The position numbers were made by a program, and so were the translations under genes. From Macrostomum lignano (Eukaryota), in contig NIVC01003614.1 in NCBI GenBank assembly GCA_002269645.1, positions 23,621 to 87,620 of the forward strand: a stretch of 64,000 nucleotides of DNA, given 5' to 3'. Below, piece by piece: positions 1 to 49,902 of the stretch; the stretch's first letter is position 1, and the number at the start of each line of letters is the position of its first letter. The notes under the pieces were generated by a model, which was given only the letters and a program-made list of their open reading frames with translations, made no database searches and had not been told where the DNA came from.

Positions 1-610
1 CTGTGTCCATAGGCATCAGTGGATGAACAGAAATATACAAAATTTAGTCGTAATGCATGCATGGCTTGCAAATCTTAACCCACGAGAGCAGCTGTGTTAG
101 GTTGGTTTCCATGGCAAAATAACGCCGGTCTCGTTCACTGAAATACCCTCATTAGCTGAGCCCGACAACAACTGCCATTTTAAGCCCAAAAAGCGGCTCA
201 GTGGGTAAGCAGAATGACAATAAGGAGGAATTACTAAAGTATCGCAGGTGCAAGTTTTCTCACGGGCCAAAGTAACTGATGCCATGCTGTAGACATTGAC
301 GCCGTATTGTGTTGTTAGTTGTTAGAGATTGGGTAGGAAGTTTTGAGCACATCTCAGGTGTGCCACTCAGCTTGCAAGCATTTGCAGACCCGAAAGGCTT
401 GCGGTAAATCTCTGGCTCTATGCAGCTATTTCGGTACCCAAGAGGCACCAGTTATGGACAAGCTGATTCCCAATTCACCGCACGGTCTATGCTGTGATGC
501 TGACTGCAATAAATCAGCCTCTGGCTTACTTCTAAACTAGACCAAGTCTGAGACAATAAAGAAAGTTTAAATTCTCTCATTGTTAACTGTACGGAGTACG
601 GATAACTTCA

Positions 611-1128
611 GAGTAGCGGTGTGGGGCTGAGTAGCGGTGTGGGGCTGAGTAGCGGTGTGAGGCTGAGTAGCGGTGTGGGGCTGAGTAGCGGTGTGGGGCT
701 GAGTAGCGGTGTGGGGCTGAGTAGCGGTGTGAGGCTGAGTAGCGGTGTGGGGCTGAGTAGCGGTGTGAGGCTGAGTAGCGGTGTGGGGCTGAGTAGCGGT
801 GTGGGGCTGAGTAGCGGTGTGGGGCTGAGTAGCGGTGTGGGGCTGAGTAGCGGTGTGAGGCTGAGAAGCGGTGTGGGGCTGAGTAGCGGTGTGAGGCTGA
901 GTAGCGGTGTGGGGCTGAGTAGCGGTGTGAGGCTGAGAAGCGGTGTGTGGCTGAGTAGCGGTGTGGGGCTGAGTAGCGGTGGGGGCTGAGTAGCGGTGTG
1001 AGGCTGAGAAGCGGTGTGTGGCTGAGTAGCGGTGTGGGGCTGAGTAGCGGTGTGGGGCTGAGTAGCGGTGTGGGGCTGAGTAGCGGTGGGGGCTGAGTAG
1101 CGGTGTGTGGCTGAGAAGCAGTGTGGGG
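611..1128. repeat. 18-bp minisatellite (GAGTAGCGGTGTGGGGCT)n, ~28 copies
   Basis: Read directly from the sequence. Confidence 0.95.
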
Positions 1129-1512
1129 CGAGTCCACAGTTAATTGAACTGCGCTAAATCGATGGCTTTAATCAAACACAGCAGTTTCATATTGGCGATG
1201 CCTCCATGCGCTGTGGCCAGTGAAATTCCTCAACAGCAGCCCCAAGGATGCAGTAAAGCCGACCCAATGCACAGAAGGCCTGGGCAACTCTCCCAAGCAG
1301 CAGAGCCGGCCCCTGCAGTCTCTGCAGTTACCTCTCCCACCGGGGCCCGCCGGCATTTAGTTTGGGGATGAGGAAGACAGTCCAGAATCCCGGAGACTCC
1401 CGAGACCGATTGAGATTTATGACCCCGAATCAGAGTAAGAAGAGTCAGAGAGAAATGAGCTGCGCAAAGTAGGGCCAATTCTCATTTCCGAAGGCCCTCA
1501 CTGCTTTAGACT

Positions 1513-2135
1513 TCTATCTGCCATTCTATCTGCTAATCTGTCTGCCATTCTATCTGCTAATCTATCTGCCATTCTATCTGCTAATCTGTCTGCCATTCTA
1601 TCTGCTATTCTATCTGCCATTTTATCTGCCATTCTATCTGCTAATCTGTCTGCCATTCTATCTGCTAATCTGTCTGCCATTCTATCTGCTATTCTATCTG
1701 CCATTTTATCTGCCATTCTATCTGCTAATATATCTGTCATTCTATCTGCTAATATATCTGTCATTCTATCTGCCAATCTATCTGCAATTCTGTCTGCCAT
1801 TCTATCTGCTAATCTGTCTGCCATTCTATCTGCTATTCTATCTGCCATTTTATCTGCCATTCTATCTGCTAATATATCTGTCATTCTATCTGCTAATATA
1901 TCTGCCAATCTATCTGCAATTCTGTCTGCCATTCTATCTGCTAATCTGTCTGCCATTCTATCTTCTATTCTGTCTGCCATTCTATCTGCTAATCTGTCTG
2001 CCATTCTATCTTCTATTCTATCTGCCATTTTATCTGCCATTCTATCTGCTAATATATCTGTCATTCTATCTGCTAATATATCTGCCAATCTATCTGCAAT
2101 TCTGTCTGCCATTCTATCTGACATTAATTCTGCAA
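1513..2135. repeat. 12-bp-based minisatellite (CTGCCATTCTAT / CTGCTAATCTGT alternating)
   Basis: Read directly; source of the MADR-repeat ORF. Confidence 0.95.
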
Positions 2136-2444
2136 TTCTATCTCTATGTGTGAATCTGTTTACCTTTTTGTTAACGCACTTCTGAGTTTTTCAATTTTTT
2201 AATCTATTCAATCGAATAAAATAAGCAGAAAAATTTAATTTCGTGAGAACCGCCAATCTCAGTTCTCAATGTGGAAGTGCCTGCTGTCACACTGCACACA
2301 CACACGAGTATATATGTGTTTTTAATGCAAACGTTGATTGCTATTAATATAATATAAAAAGTTAACTGTAGCAGCAGTACAAAAGCAATTCTCGCAAGCT
2401 TCACACGCAAGCGATTCATCTGAACTAGCAATGCGTTAAGACTG

Positions 2445-3283
2445 GCATCTAGACTAGAAATCCATCTCTACTAGCTATCCATCTCTACTAGCAATCTATC
2501 TAGTCTAGCAATCCATCTAGACTAGCAATCTATATAGTCTAGCAATCCATCTAGTCTAGCAATCCATCTATAGTCTAGCAATCCATCTCTACTAGCAATC
2601 CATCTAGACTAGCAAACCATCTAGTCTAGCAACCCATCTAGTCTAGCAATCCATCTAGACTAGCAAACCATCTAGTCTAGCAATCCATCTAGTCTAGCAA
2701 CCCATCTAGTCTAGCAATCCATCTAGTCTAGCAACCCATCTAGTCTAGCAATCCATCTAGTCTAGCAACCCATCTAGTCTAGCAATCCATCTAGTCTAGC
2801 AACCCATCTAGTCTAGCAATCCATCTAGTCTAGCAACCCATCTAGTCTAGCAATCCATCTAGTCTAGCAACCCATCTAGTCTAGCAATCCATCTAGTCTA
2901 GCAACCCATCTAGTCTAGCAATCCATCTAGTCTAGCAACCCATCTAGTCTAGCAATCCATCTAGTCTAGCAACCCATCTAGTCTAGCAACCCATCTAGTC
3001 TAGCAATCCATCTAGTCTAGCAACCCATCTAGTCTAGCAATCCATCTAGTCTAGCAATCCATCTAGACTAGCAATCCATCTAGTCTAGCAATCCATCTAG
3101 TCTAGCAATCCATCTAGTCTAGCAACCCATCTAGTCTAGCAACCCATCTAGTCTAGCAATCCATCTAGTCTAGCAATCCATCTAGTCTAGCAACCCATCT
3201 AGTCTAGCAACCCATCTAGTCTAGCAATCCATCTAGTCTAGCAACCCATCTAGTCTAGCAACCCATCTAGTCTAGCAATCCAT
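2445..3283. repeat. 17-bp minisatellite (CTAGCAATCCATCTAGT)n
   Basis: Read directly. Confidence 0.95.
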
Positions 3284-4194
3284 CAAAATAACTGGAGATG
3301 AGGCAGCTCAGCCCTTAACCAATGCTCACGCCTGACTGCGTGTCTTACTGGGTTGGTAAAAAAATCCCAATTTCGCGACGGGAAATGGCAAAAAATGTTG
3401 AAAGTTAAAAACCGCACGGCTCGAAGCTTTAAGAAGCGAAATAATATATAAAGTCGTTAACGTTTTTAGACGGAGAGCACAGTGAGAGAAAACGGTTGAA
3501 AAAAGCTGACTATGCTACTGAAAAGCCGTCAGTAGCAAGTAGAGAAAGATTATCAAAATTCTTGCCAGGGCTTTATGAAAACTCGAACAAATATTGGTTT
3601 AATCCAGCCTTAAAAATCTAAACTATGTACCTAAGAGGTCCTGGGTTCGATGCCCTAGCAGAGGTGTATTGTTTAAAATTCGAATGAATAAAAACTGTGA
3701 AAACAATACCGTGGAGGAATATTTAATAACCAGTTTGGAAGGACAAGTTGACCAGTTAGTGAAAACGCGATCAAGAAGTTGAAAGCAAATTATATGAGTG
3801 AAAAACTGGCTGCTCTGAAAGGCAGGTTAATACTGGACCTTCGCAAGTGGTTGCACTTGTGTGACAAATAACAGAATATTCTTGGCTAGAAATGAATGAC
3901 AAAGCAATTGATTAATTGGGGTTATCAATATTCGCAACCAGTGGAATAGCATTACTTATTGCACTGCTGGGCTTTACATGCTTACAGCAACAGTAAAACC
4001 TGTGACAGCAGCTGTAAGTAGTTCAGCTATCAGTTGAATAGCGAATCACGGCGGCTGTCTCAGACTGCGAAGCAAAGCTGCAAAGCTTGCAGTGCTATGT
4101 ACAGGTGCACCTGGGAGCCAGGCTGGGGCGCTGAAATGGACAGGTATAGCGGGACAGATAGACAGAGAGAGACCATCAGACAGACAAAATCACA

Positions 4195-4835
4195 GACACA
4201 ATTGGAGAGACATAATCAGATAGACAATCAGAAAGACACAATCAGATAGATACAAACAAACAGACACAATCGGAGAGAGACACAACCAGAGAAACATAAC
4301 CAGAGAGACACAACCAGAGAGACACAATCGGAGAGACACAACAAGAGAGACAACCAGAGGGACAACCAGAGAGACAACCAGAGAGACACAATCGGAGAGA
4401 CACAATCGGAGAGAGACACAACCAGAGAGACACAATCTGAGAGAGACACAACCAGAGAGACACAACCAGAGAGACACAATCGGAGAGACAGAATCGGACA
4501 GAGACACAACCAGAGAGACACAATCAGAGGGATACAATCGGATAGAGACATAGTCGGATAGAGACACAATCGGAGAGAGACACAATCGGGAGAGACACAA
4601 CCAGAGAGACACAATCAGAGAGACACAATCGGAGAGAGACACAATCGGGAGAGACACAACCAGAGAGACACAATCAGAGAGACACAATCAGAGACACAAC
4701 CAGAGAGACACAATCGGGAGAGACACAACCAGAGAGACACAACCAGAGAGACACAACCAGAGAGACACAACCAGAGAGACACAACCAGAGAGACACAACC
4801 AGAGAGACACAATCAGAGACACAACCAGAGACACA
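4195..4835. repeat. 14-bp-based repeat (GAGAGACACAACCA)n
   Basis: Read directly. Confidence 0.93.
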
Positions 4836-5020
4836 AGCACCAAGCAGGAAAGACAAAGACAGAAAACATGCCATTGGCAGTGCATGAAACGAATGCAGAG
4901 ACGCAGTGAATGCGGCTGCATAGTGAGGGCACTAGCAACAGAGATGAAGCATTAGCAGCCCAGCTAACCGGACAGAGCGGACGCGGGGACGGCCGGGAAG
5001 GAGGGGGACTCAGAAAATGC

Positions 5021-20749
<15,729 letters not shown>

Positions 20750-20897
20750 TTGGGTCGACAGTCTGTTGTACTGCTATCGGAGCGGCTCCCTGTGCGTGAC
20801 AGGTTGGCAATATTCTTGTGAGACTATCAGAAAATCTGAGTTCTGGTCCTTCTGATTAACCAGTGAACGCGTCAATTAGTAACAATGACTCATCAGG

Positions 20898-21092
20898 CAG
20901 ATGACCCATGTGAATACAGTGGGAGATGACTCATGTGAATACAGTGCGTGGTAGATGACCCATGTGAATACAGTGGGAGATGACCCATGTGAATACAGTG
21001 GGAGATGACCCATGTGAATACAGTGGGAGATGACCCATGTGAATATAGTGGGAAATGACTCATGTGAATACAGTGCTTGGTAGATGACCCAC
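20898..21092. repeat. 25-bp minisatellite (AGATGACCCATGTGAATACAGTGGG)n
   Basis: Read directly. Confidence 0.9.
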
Positions 21093-24000
21093 GAGATGAG
21101 AATACAGTAAAATGCGTAATGACCGACCAGGAACAAAGGAAATAAGAAGCGACTTGAATGCAGTATCTGTAAACTGTGTGTTCCCTGGTGTGACAGGACT
21201 TACTTTAACTGAACCTTTCGCCTCGCAGACCTCAATCTAGAAGCAGGCTTGCCCAAGACAGAAGTGCTCCCCAATTAAATATGTAAGCAGAACGGCAGCG
21301 GAGACTGACATTGTGGTCGATGGGGCATGGATATGTCCGACCTACACCAGCTGGGGGCTGTCCCCCGGGGGTGCGGTGTGACTGACTTTCTAAGAAACTT
21401 CCTGCATGCGGAACAGGCGGAGGCCAAGCGATGCAGAAGTGGGAAGGATGCGGCAGCTCGGACAGAACTTGAGCTCAGAGCCGAACAGAAAATTGCTGCC
21501 GGACAAAAGACAGGAAGGCGGGATCTTGAGGATCTGGGGGGTTCAGGAAGTGAACTGAAAAGAGATTTCTGAGTGGTTTAGCTAATTGCAGTGTTGTTTT
21601 GAAGCCATTAATGTGACGAGGTCTTTTTTGCAAAAACCGTTAGTTACGAGTATTAATGAATCGTTGTTACTTGTTTATGTAATTGCATATATTAATATCC
21701 TCATAGTTTTTTCAGCTTTGATTAATATGCGAAATAATATGAAACGCGAGAAAGAAAATAAAGACAGTTTATAAAATAAACAGAATAAAAAGCAAAAGCA
21801 TTGCATTAATAAAAACTTTAGTAACTCTGACTGGATTTATAATAACTTAAAAATACCTTAAGGATCAATAGCAGAAAAATGCATACACTAAAAATACATT
21901 TACTGTTTTACATTTCTTTTAAATAAAATATCTTTAGCTAAAAACTCTAGCTCCTTTGCTATTTTATCACAGTTTTTATTATTCCCTGATAAAGGACTCT
22001 TTTATATGTTCTCAATTTTTCATATTTTATATGTATAATTATACAATTTATTTAGGACAAAAAGTAAAATAACTAAATATCCATTATCAAGACCTCTAGA
22101 TCTATTTTTTTAAACTTTTTAAAGAGATTTTTTAATCTACGAGCGTATAAATAAATGGACCAAAGATCTCAAAAAAATTTTTAACTTTGAGTTAAGCTGC
22201 ACATGAATACTTTTTGAAGCAATATAAATGTTTATAAGAATCATCTAGACTTCTTCGAAGTGAAAGGCTATATTTAGTTAATGTAATTTAAGACAAATTA
22301 ATGATAATACTAAGCCCATTTTTATTAAGATTTCTTACCTCACTTTTTACTTCAGTAGTTCATTTTTATCTGCTTTTCTCCAACTTTCGCTGGATTCATA
22401 AGGATCTGCAAAACCTATAGAGATACTGAATTTTTCAACAAATATACATGACGCGATTATTCACAACAATGGGTTATTTATACTTCTTAAATCTTCGTAG
22501 GCTCACCATTCAAGTGGGCAGAACGTTGGCTTACGATAAATAGCGATCAAAGTTAAACTCATTATTTTTATTAGTTCACGACTAGTAAAACAAAATAAAA
22601 TAGAGACAAAAAAGACTTTTTGGTTATGAGGATAAAGGATCAGATTTTAGATACGAAAGCCATTTATATAAATTGAAGACGGTTTCATTTGTCGAGAAAA
22701 GTTTATTATCCGAAAATACGGTGTTACCACGCGAGCAACTTGAACATGGATGTTAAAGGGAACAAAAATGTGTTTGAATTAAAAGCCACAACAAATTTTA
22801 GAACTAGAATAACTTTTTGAACGAACCTATTGACTACAAATCTGCATATTAATCGTCTTTCATCAATTTGTCATCATAAAAATCTTGGTCGTCTTTTTCC
22901 ATATATCTATTGAATTTACTAGAGAATGTCAATTTTTTGCCAATCTACTGTAGTGGAAGTTTCTAAAAGCAAGTTAATGCAAAAAGACCTGAAAAAGTAA
23001 GAATTTAACTGTGCCATATGCTATAATGCAACCTCTTCAAGAGTACAACCTCTTGAAATGTTATGTAGCGCAAGTGTACCCAGCAATTTGTATAAATTCG
23101 TCGCTAACCTTGTAGTGATTCTGGGGCTTCCATACTTGTGTACTTGTAACTGATTAATTTGAATGTACATTCCATACTCAAAATTTCTGAGTTCTCAACT
23201 AATAATGCCTATTATACGTATATGGCATGATTTAGACCACCATTTTTTCCTTTCTTGTGTGTACGGCTTAGAAGCCATCCCAGTGACGATAGTACAATAG
23301 TAGTATTGTACAGTATAAATCAGTCGCCGTACTGCATGCATGTGTACGCAGTTCCATGGTCGGTAGTCCTCAATAGTCCAAACAAATAAAAATCGCATTT
23401 CGTTGTCGTTATTAACTAACAATGACTATTTGCAAGAAATTTTTTCATAAATTCAAATGATTCAAACTGTAAGTTTAAGTCGATCTTATTTTAATATTAA
23501 ACAGAGCTGTGCTGGCAATATCCATGTTCTCTATATATGCCTTTATTTTGACCTTAATTTCATAAATTAAAAATGAAAAAAATGGACAGTTAACAAAGAT
23601 CGATGGTCAGCGTGAATATGTAATTGTGCTCAAATATCCGACAGTTGTAGCCCGAGAAAAAGAGAATGAACCTACGAGCTATAATCGCTACATGTAGGAG
23701 CTGAGTAAAGATCACTATCTGGGATCTCATGGATAAAAATACGCAGACATGATAAGCTTCAAAGAATTCAGTGCAAAATAGAGTATGGAAGTGTTGCAAT
23801 GCGAAGTACGACATTAAGTCTGCAATAACGTGTACCAAGAGCAGGTACAGGTAAACGAAAGCATAGCTTATAGCGGACTATTTTGGACAGAGCGGTGAAC
23901 TGCGAGCGTTAGTTATGGAGCAAAGCAGCGCTGCCCGATCGGACAAGGAGGCTCTAAAGACTACGGGTTGACTCGCCACTGAATAACCGTGATTGGTTAG

Positions 24001-24174
24001 CCAGCCTAGCCAGCAGCTGCAGCAGGGATAGATCCGATTAATAGAAGCATGAGCCGAATGTACGTACTAAAGCGTCCACATTAATGTAAATAAGTAGCGT
24101 GTCACAAAGTCGTTTATTCCCCGAGTACACGCGCGAGGTCTTCTCAATTCAATTCATCCCCTCTGCTAATTAGG

Positions 24175-43867
<19,693 letters not shown>

Positions 43868-44038
43868 GTTCGCTAAGAGATGAGGCGGATTCAGTTCCGG
43901 TCTGGGGTGTCAGCTGCACCCATATCCGGACACTGTTGCGACTTCTTTAGTAGGCGAGCTGCAAAATAAATATATAAAAGTACTTTTTTGTGTTCCAAAT
44001 TTTTAGAGAAAAAATGCAAAATTATGTCAGATAAGGCG

Positions 44039-44395
44039 ATGAACGAATTGATCCTGCTTGACAACGGCTCGCCAATTTTAGATCATGCGTACACGAGCCC
44101 AGCAGTCCCACAGGGTGTTAGTTACATGCCTAGCTCGACAACCAAGCTGGTCAATGCAACTGGTGCACTAAAAATCTGTTTCATAGACATCGCTTCATGA
44201 GAAGTGAATAGCGATTGATTCTCGACAAGCTTGAGCAGTTCTGGAGGACAGTGGACAGAGGATGAAGAGGAGGCTGAAGAAAACGAAAACCCACAAAACG
44301 CAGAGGGTCAACAGCCCATAGACTTGGCTCTGATTGACTTAAAAAGGTTCTTTACGTCTCTACTCAAACACCTTCACGTCTGTATCAGTGTTTGA
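44039..44395 (+). mobile_element. Possible decayed pogo/Tigger-type (DDE_1) transposase fragment
   Basis: One frame with two stops: LILLDNGSPILDH...VSYMPSSTTKLV...TEDEEEAEENEN...LALIDLKRFF. It resembles the LLLLDNAPxH / FLPPNTTSLIQP motifs and the acidic tail of this family. Confidence 0.35.
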
Positions 44396-45502
44396 ATTGG
44401 TGTCCCGCTTGTGGGAATAACAAGGGAGTTTGCTCAAAATAAAAGGTAAGAAGGTGTAGTAACTTGTAGCATTTATGATCAACGCCCACCCCCAGTAGTC
44501 AGTTAAAATGGTGCGCTTTTCTGGGACACCAGTACTGGCCGCGATAGTCTATGGCCAGGATCCTGCTATTTTCAGGCTTCAGCTATAGGATTGCATCCCC
44601 GCTTATAAAGTCAACTAAAACTTCCATTTCTTTCTATTGAATTCCTTCAAGCTAAAAGTTCACGGCGGTGACTCCAAGTTCCGCCCCGGTCCCCGCTCTA
44701 CACGGCCGGCTCTGCTCATGAAAAGCCTCAGCAAAGTCCGGACCGGACGGGCCCCAGCTCGCTTTTCTCCCTCAAAAGTGTCTCCCCTCCCCGCCGTTAT
44801 GGAAGGGCCGGCAGCTCATGATGAAATATTAGGTAGGCCGCTTGTCGGCAGCGAAGCGCAGAATTAGGTCTGCGCGTTTTTTTATCTTGAGGAAAAATCC
44901 CCCCTTCCTCAACCCCTAGCAGAGCCGCTCAGCCGAAGGATATTACACCGGTTTATTATATATAGCTACAATAAGAACTTTTTTATCAATCTTCTTCCAT
45001 CCGTTGTCCGATCTTCTCTCTTCTTCTCAGCGTCTCTCTATCTTAAGAGGCCGATATTGAATTTCTGCTCCGAGGAGCTGCTGAGCTTGCCGCGCTACTG
45101 GGACTGGGAGGGGGACGAACGCTTGATTAGAGCGCGTTATTAAATCGCCGACTTAAAAACTTTTGCTGCCTTCTCTGTGCTGCACCTGAGCGAGCGCTGG
45201 AGACGGCTGTATTTTATAGCATTATGGAAAATAAGGAAGAAGGGGGACTCAATTTTAGACTTGGGAGGGCAGCGGCCGTGGCTGGGGGGGGCAGAGTGCG
45301 GAAAGAGGAGAAACTTATTGACCAAGAAGAGGTTTGCCCGCTCCAACAACAATAGTCTCAAGTCCCGCACCAGCCACCGCACAGGCTGGCACTGCTTCTG
45401 TTTGCTGCTGGGGAAATCTTGGTGGGTCCGGCCAGGCCAGTGCGATGAGCTGAATTAGTTGAGGAAGCATGCAATGCTCAGGATAGACCAAAAAATTCCT
45501 TC

Positions 45503-46476
<974 letters not shown>

Positions 46477-47058
46477 CCCAACCCTGTGAGAAGCTCAGAA
46501 AAACCGTGTCTAATCTGCACCAGTTTATGTCGTGAATTCTCTATATGATGCGAGTCAGTAGCCAGAACTTCGTTAGTCATGCTCTCAGCTGGGTTTCTCT
46601 GGAACAGGAGTAGATGGGCAGCAAAGGCCTCTGTTCTGCAGGTGGCTCTTCAAGCTCATGCTGACAAGTTTTTTCGTTTGCCATTCTCGCAGGAAACAAG
46701 TTGAAATTTGAGCCAAGAATGTATTGGCCCTCCAGTGCTTGTTCCTCCTTCTCAACTGCACCGCCCCCGCAGCCTCTTCCCCCAGAGCAATCAGATTTAT
46801 CACGGCGCCGGGCGCCCCACGAAGAGCGCCGGTAATGACTTCTGAGAGTTCCACAGGCCCTGCCTTCCCCCTGCCTCCCGATCTGAAGGTTTCCGGGAGC
46901 ACAAGACTGGGGAAAGATGGGGGTGGGGACGGGGCGGCTGGCCGTCAGAGAAGATGTATGCATCGTGTCAGCGCATCCCGCCACTATGGATCCCTGGAGA
47001 CCGTCCGGTTTGATCGCCCAGCCTCTTGATCTTGTTTTTGCTTGCTTTCCTTTTTGAT

Positions 47059-48237
47059 CTCAGAGACTGCTCAACTACCGTCTCAGCGGGGTTGAGGAGG
47101 CTGCAGCCTCAGTGATGAGGCAAGTTTCATTTCTCAGAGACTGCTCAACTACCGTCTCAGCGGGGTTGAGGAAGCTGCAGTCTCGGTGATGAGGCCAGTT
47201 TCATTTCTCAGAGACTGCTCAACTACCGTCTCAGCGGGGTTGAGGAAGCTGCAGCCTCGGTGATGAGGCCAATTTCATTTCTCAGAGACTGCTCAACTAC
47301 CGTCTCAGCGGGGTTGAGGAAGCTGCAGCCTCAGTGATGAGGCAAGTTTCATTTCTCAGAGACTGCTCAACTACCGTCTCAGCGGGGTTGAGGAAGCTGC
47401 AGTCTCGGTGATGAGGCCAGTTTCATTTCTCAGAGACTGCTCAACTACCGTCTCAGCGGGGTTGAGGAAGCTGCAGCCTCGGTGATGAGCCCAGTTTCAT
47501 TTCTCAGAGACTGCTCAACTACCGTGTCAGCGGGGTTGAGGAAGCTGCAGCCTCAGTGATGAGGCAAGTTTCATTTCTCAGAGACTGCTCAACTACCGTC
47601 TCAGCGGGGTTGAGGAAGCTGCAGCCTCGGTGATGAGGCCAGTTTCATTTCTCAGAGACTGCTCAACTACCGTCTCAGCGGGGTTGAGGAAGCTGCAGCC
47701 TCAGTGATGAGGCAAGTTTCATTTCTCAGAGACTGCTCAACTACCGTCTCAGCGGGGTTGAGGAAGCTGCAGTCTCGGTGATGAGGCCAGTTTCATTTCT
47801 CAGAGACTGCTCAACTACCGTCTCAGCGGGGTTGAGGAGGCTGCAGCCTCAGTGATGAGGCAAGTTTCATTTCTCAGAGACTGCTCAACTACCGTCTCAG
47901 CGGGGTTGAGGAAGCTGCAGCCTCGGTGATGAGGCCAGTTTCATTTCTCAGAGACTGCTCAACTACCGTCTCAGCGGGGTTGAGGAAGCTGCAGCCTCGG
48001 TGATGAGCCCAGTTTCATTTCTCAGAGACTGCTCAACTACCGTGTCAGCGGGGTTGAGGAAGCTGCAGCCTCGGTGATGAGGCCAGTTTCATTTCTCAGA
48101 GACTGCTCAACTACCGTCTCAGCGGGGTTGAGGAGGCTGCAGCCTCGGTGATGAGGCCAGTTTCATTTCTCAGAGACTGCTCAACTACCGTCTCAGCGGG
48201 GTTGAGGAGGCTGCAGCCTTGGTGATGAGGCCATTTT
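47059..48237. repeat. 74-bp tandem repeat, ~16 copies
   Basis: CTCAGAGACTGCTCAAC recurs every 74 nt. Confidence 0.96.
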
Positions 48238-48663
48238 CAAACAAGGACTACTTAATAAGAACGATAAAAGATACTAATGTTGTCCTCGATTTTCAACTGA
48301 AACGGAAATAACGACAGTAGCTCGAGACGGACCCGCGGATATCGAAGAGGGGGGGCGAGTTCGATTTGCTTTGCCGACTGCTAATTAATTATAGGAGTTT
48401 GGTTGCTAGGGGGGATGGCGGTCTCCACATATCTGACGCTACTTCACTGATGAGGTGCGCGTATACTCAAGCCAGCTATAGCTCTTGCTACAAGCTTGGC
48501 TGGGCTGAGCTTTGAGTCGGGCCCGTAGCAAGTCACTCACTCCCAAGCGACTCTCGGGTTACCATGCGAGCAGTTTCAAGCAGCCTGTCAATCACCCGGC
48601 TACAGTATTATACTTGATAGCTGGTTCTAGGTAATAATATAAATAGCTTTACCGTTTTCTCAC

Positions 48664-48842
48664 CTGATGCGGCTGGCTCATTGAATCCCTATAGTAAGAA
48701 TCCTCAACCAGAAGCAAGCCGAACTTCGCGTGTTTCCGACAACGCTCATGATGTCGAGAAGTCGGAGCTGCGGCAGAAAAGGGGGCAGCACTTTTGAGTG
48801 CAGAGAGGCCGCTGGCCAATGAAGGCGGGAGCCAATGGCAAA
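48664..48842 (-). promoter_or_regulatory. Candidate promoter and non-coding first exon, possibly of the D2-like receptor
   Basis: Two CCAAT boxes flanking a GGCGGG box (~48817-48842), followed on the minus strand by a consensus CAG|GTGAGA donor at 48664/48663. Confidence 0.3.
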
Positions 48843-49024
48843 GTTAAGCCGCTTGTTTATCGTTTTTGGTAGATTATTAAGCTGGCCTATTGCTGTCAGT
48901 AGTATAATGGGGATAGTCTGTTTGAATAATTTTATTGGCTATATTGACACAATAACGATTATTTCTGAATGTAAGCGATTTAAAATGACAAATTATTGAT
49001 GCTCTGATATTATTGCTATCATAC

Positions 49025-49902
49025 CGCCTCCTCCCACAGTCAATTCCGATGGTTCAATGTCCATCTGTGGCCTCCTTCCACAGTCAATTCCGATAGCTCA
49101 ATGTCCATCTGCCGCCTCCTTCCACAGTCGATTCCGATGCCTCAATGTCCATCTGTGGCCTCCTCCCACAGTCAATTCCGATGGTTCAATGTCCATCTGC
49201 CGCCTCCTCCCACAGTCAATTCCGATGCCTCAATGTCCATCTGCCGCCTCCTCCCACAGTCAATTCCGATGCCTCAATGTCCATCTGCCGCCTCCTCCCA
49301 CAGTCAATTCTGATGGTTCAATGTCCATCTGTGGCCTCCTTCCACAGTCAATTCCGATAGCTCAATGTCCATCTGCCGCCTCCTTCCACAGTCGATTCCG
49401 ATGCCTCAATGTCCATCTGTGGCCTCCTTCCACAGTCAATTCCGATGGTTCAATGTCCATCTGCCGCCTCCTTCCACAGTCGATTCCGATACCTCAATGT
49501 CCATCTGCCGCCTCCTTCCACAGTCAATTCCGATGGTTCAATGTCCATCTGCCGCCTCCTCCCACAGTCAATTCCGATGGTTCAATGTCCATCTGTGGCC
49601 TCCTTCCACAGTCTATTCCGATAGCTCAATGTCCATCTGCCGCCTCCTCCCACAGTCAATTCCGATGGTTCAATGTCCATCTGCCGCCTCCTCCCACAGT
49701 CAATTCCGATGGTTCAATGTCCATTTGCCGCCTCCTCCCACAGTCAATTCCGATGGTTCAATGTCCATCTGCCGCCTCCTCCCACAGTCAATTCCGATGG
49801 TTCAATGTCCATCTGCCGCCTCCTCCCACAGTCAATTCCGATGGTTCAATGTCCATCTGCCGCCTCCTCCCACAGTCAATTCCGATGGTTCAATGTCCAT
49901 CT
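49025..49902. repeat. 44-bp minisatellite, ~20 copies
   Basis: Unit CCTCCTCCCACAGTCAATTCCGATGGTTCAATGTCCATCTGCCG. Confidence 0.96.

Noticed and set aside
101-275. Possible plus-strand exons (VGFHGKITPVSF...KRLSG / CKFSHGPK-stop)
   Set aside because: Plausible AG/GTAAG sites but no recognisable homology, a 43-nt intron and no upstream context.
583-2124. HRYSAP, GVGLSS and MADR repeat ORFs
   Set aside because: Products of 18-bp and 12-bp minisatellites with no gene signals.
3700-3885. Fragment NAIKKLKANYMSEKL resembling a pogo-type DDE segment
   Set aside because: Too short, and broken by frameshift and stop, to support.
46577-46984. ORF with YILGSNFN resembling a LINE endonuclease GDFN motif
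   Set aside because: A single weak motif with no other endonuclease or RT motifs.
48447-48530. Hammerhead-like CTGATGAG followed by a palindromic stretch
   Set aside because: No GAAA core or stem II/III geometry.
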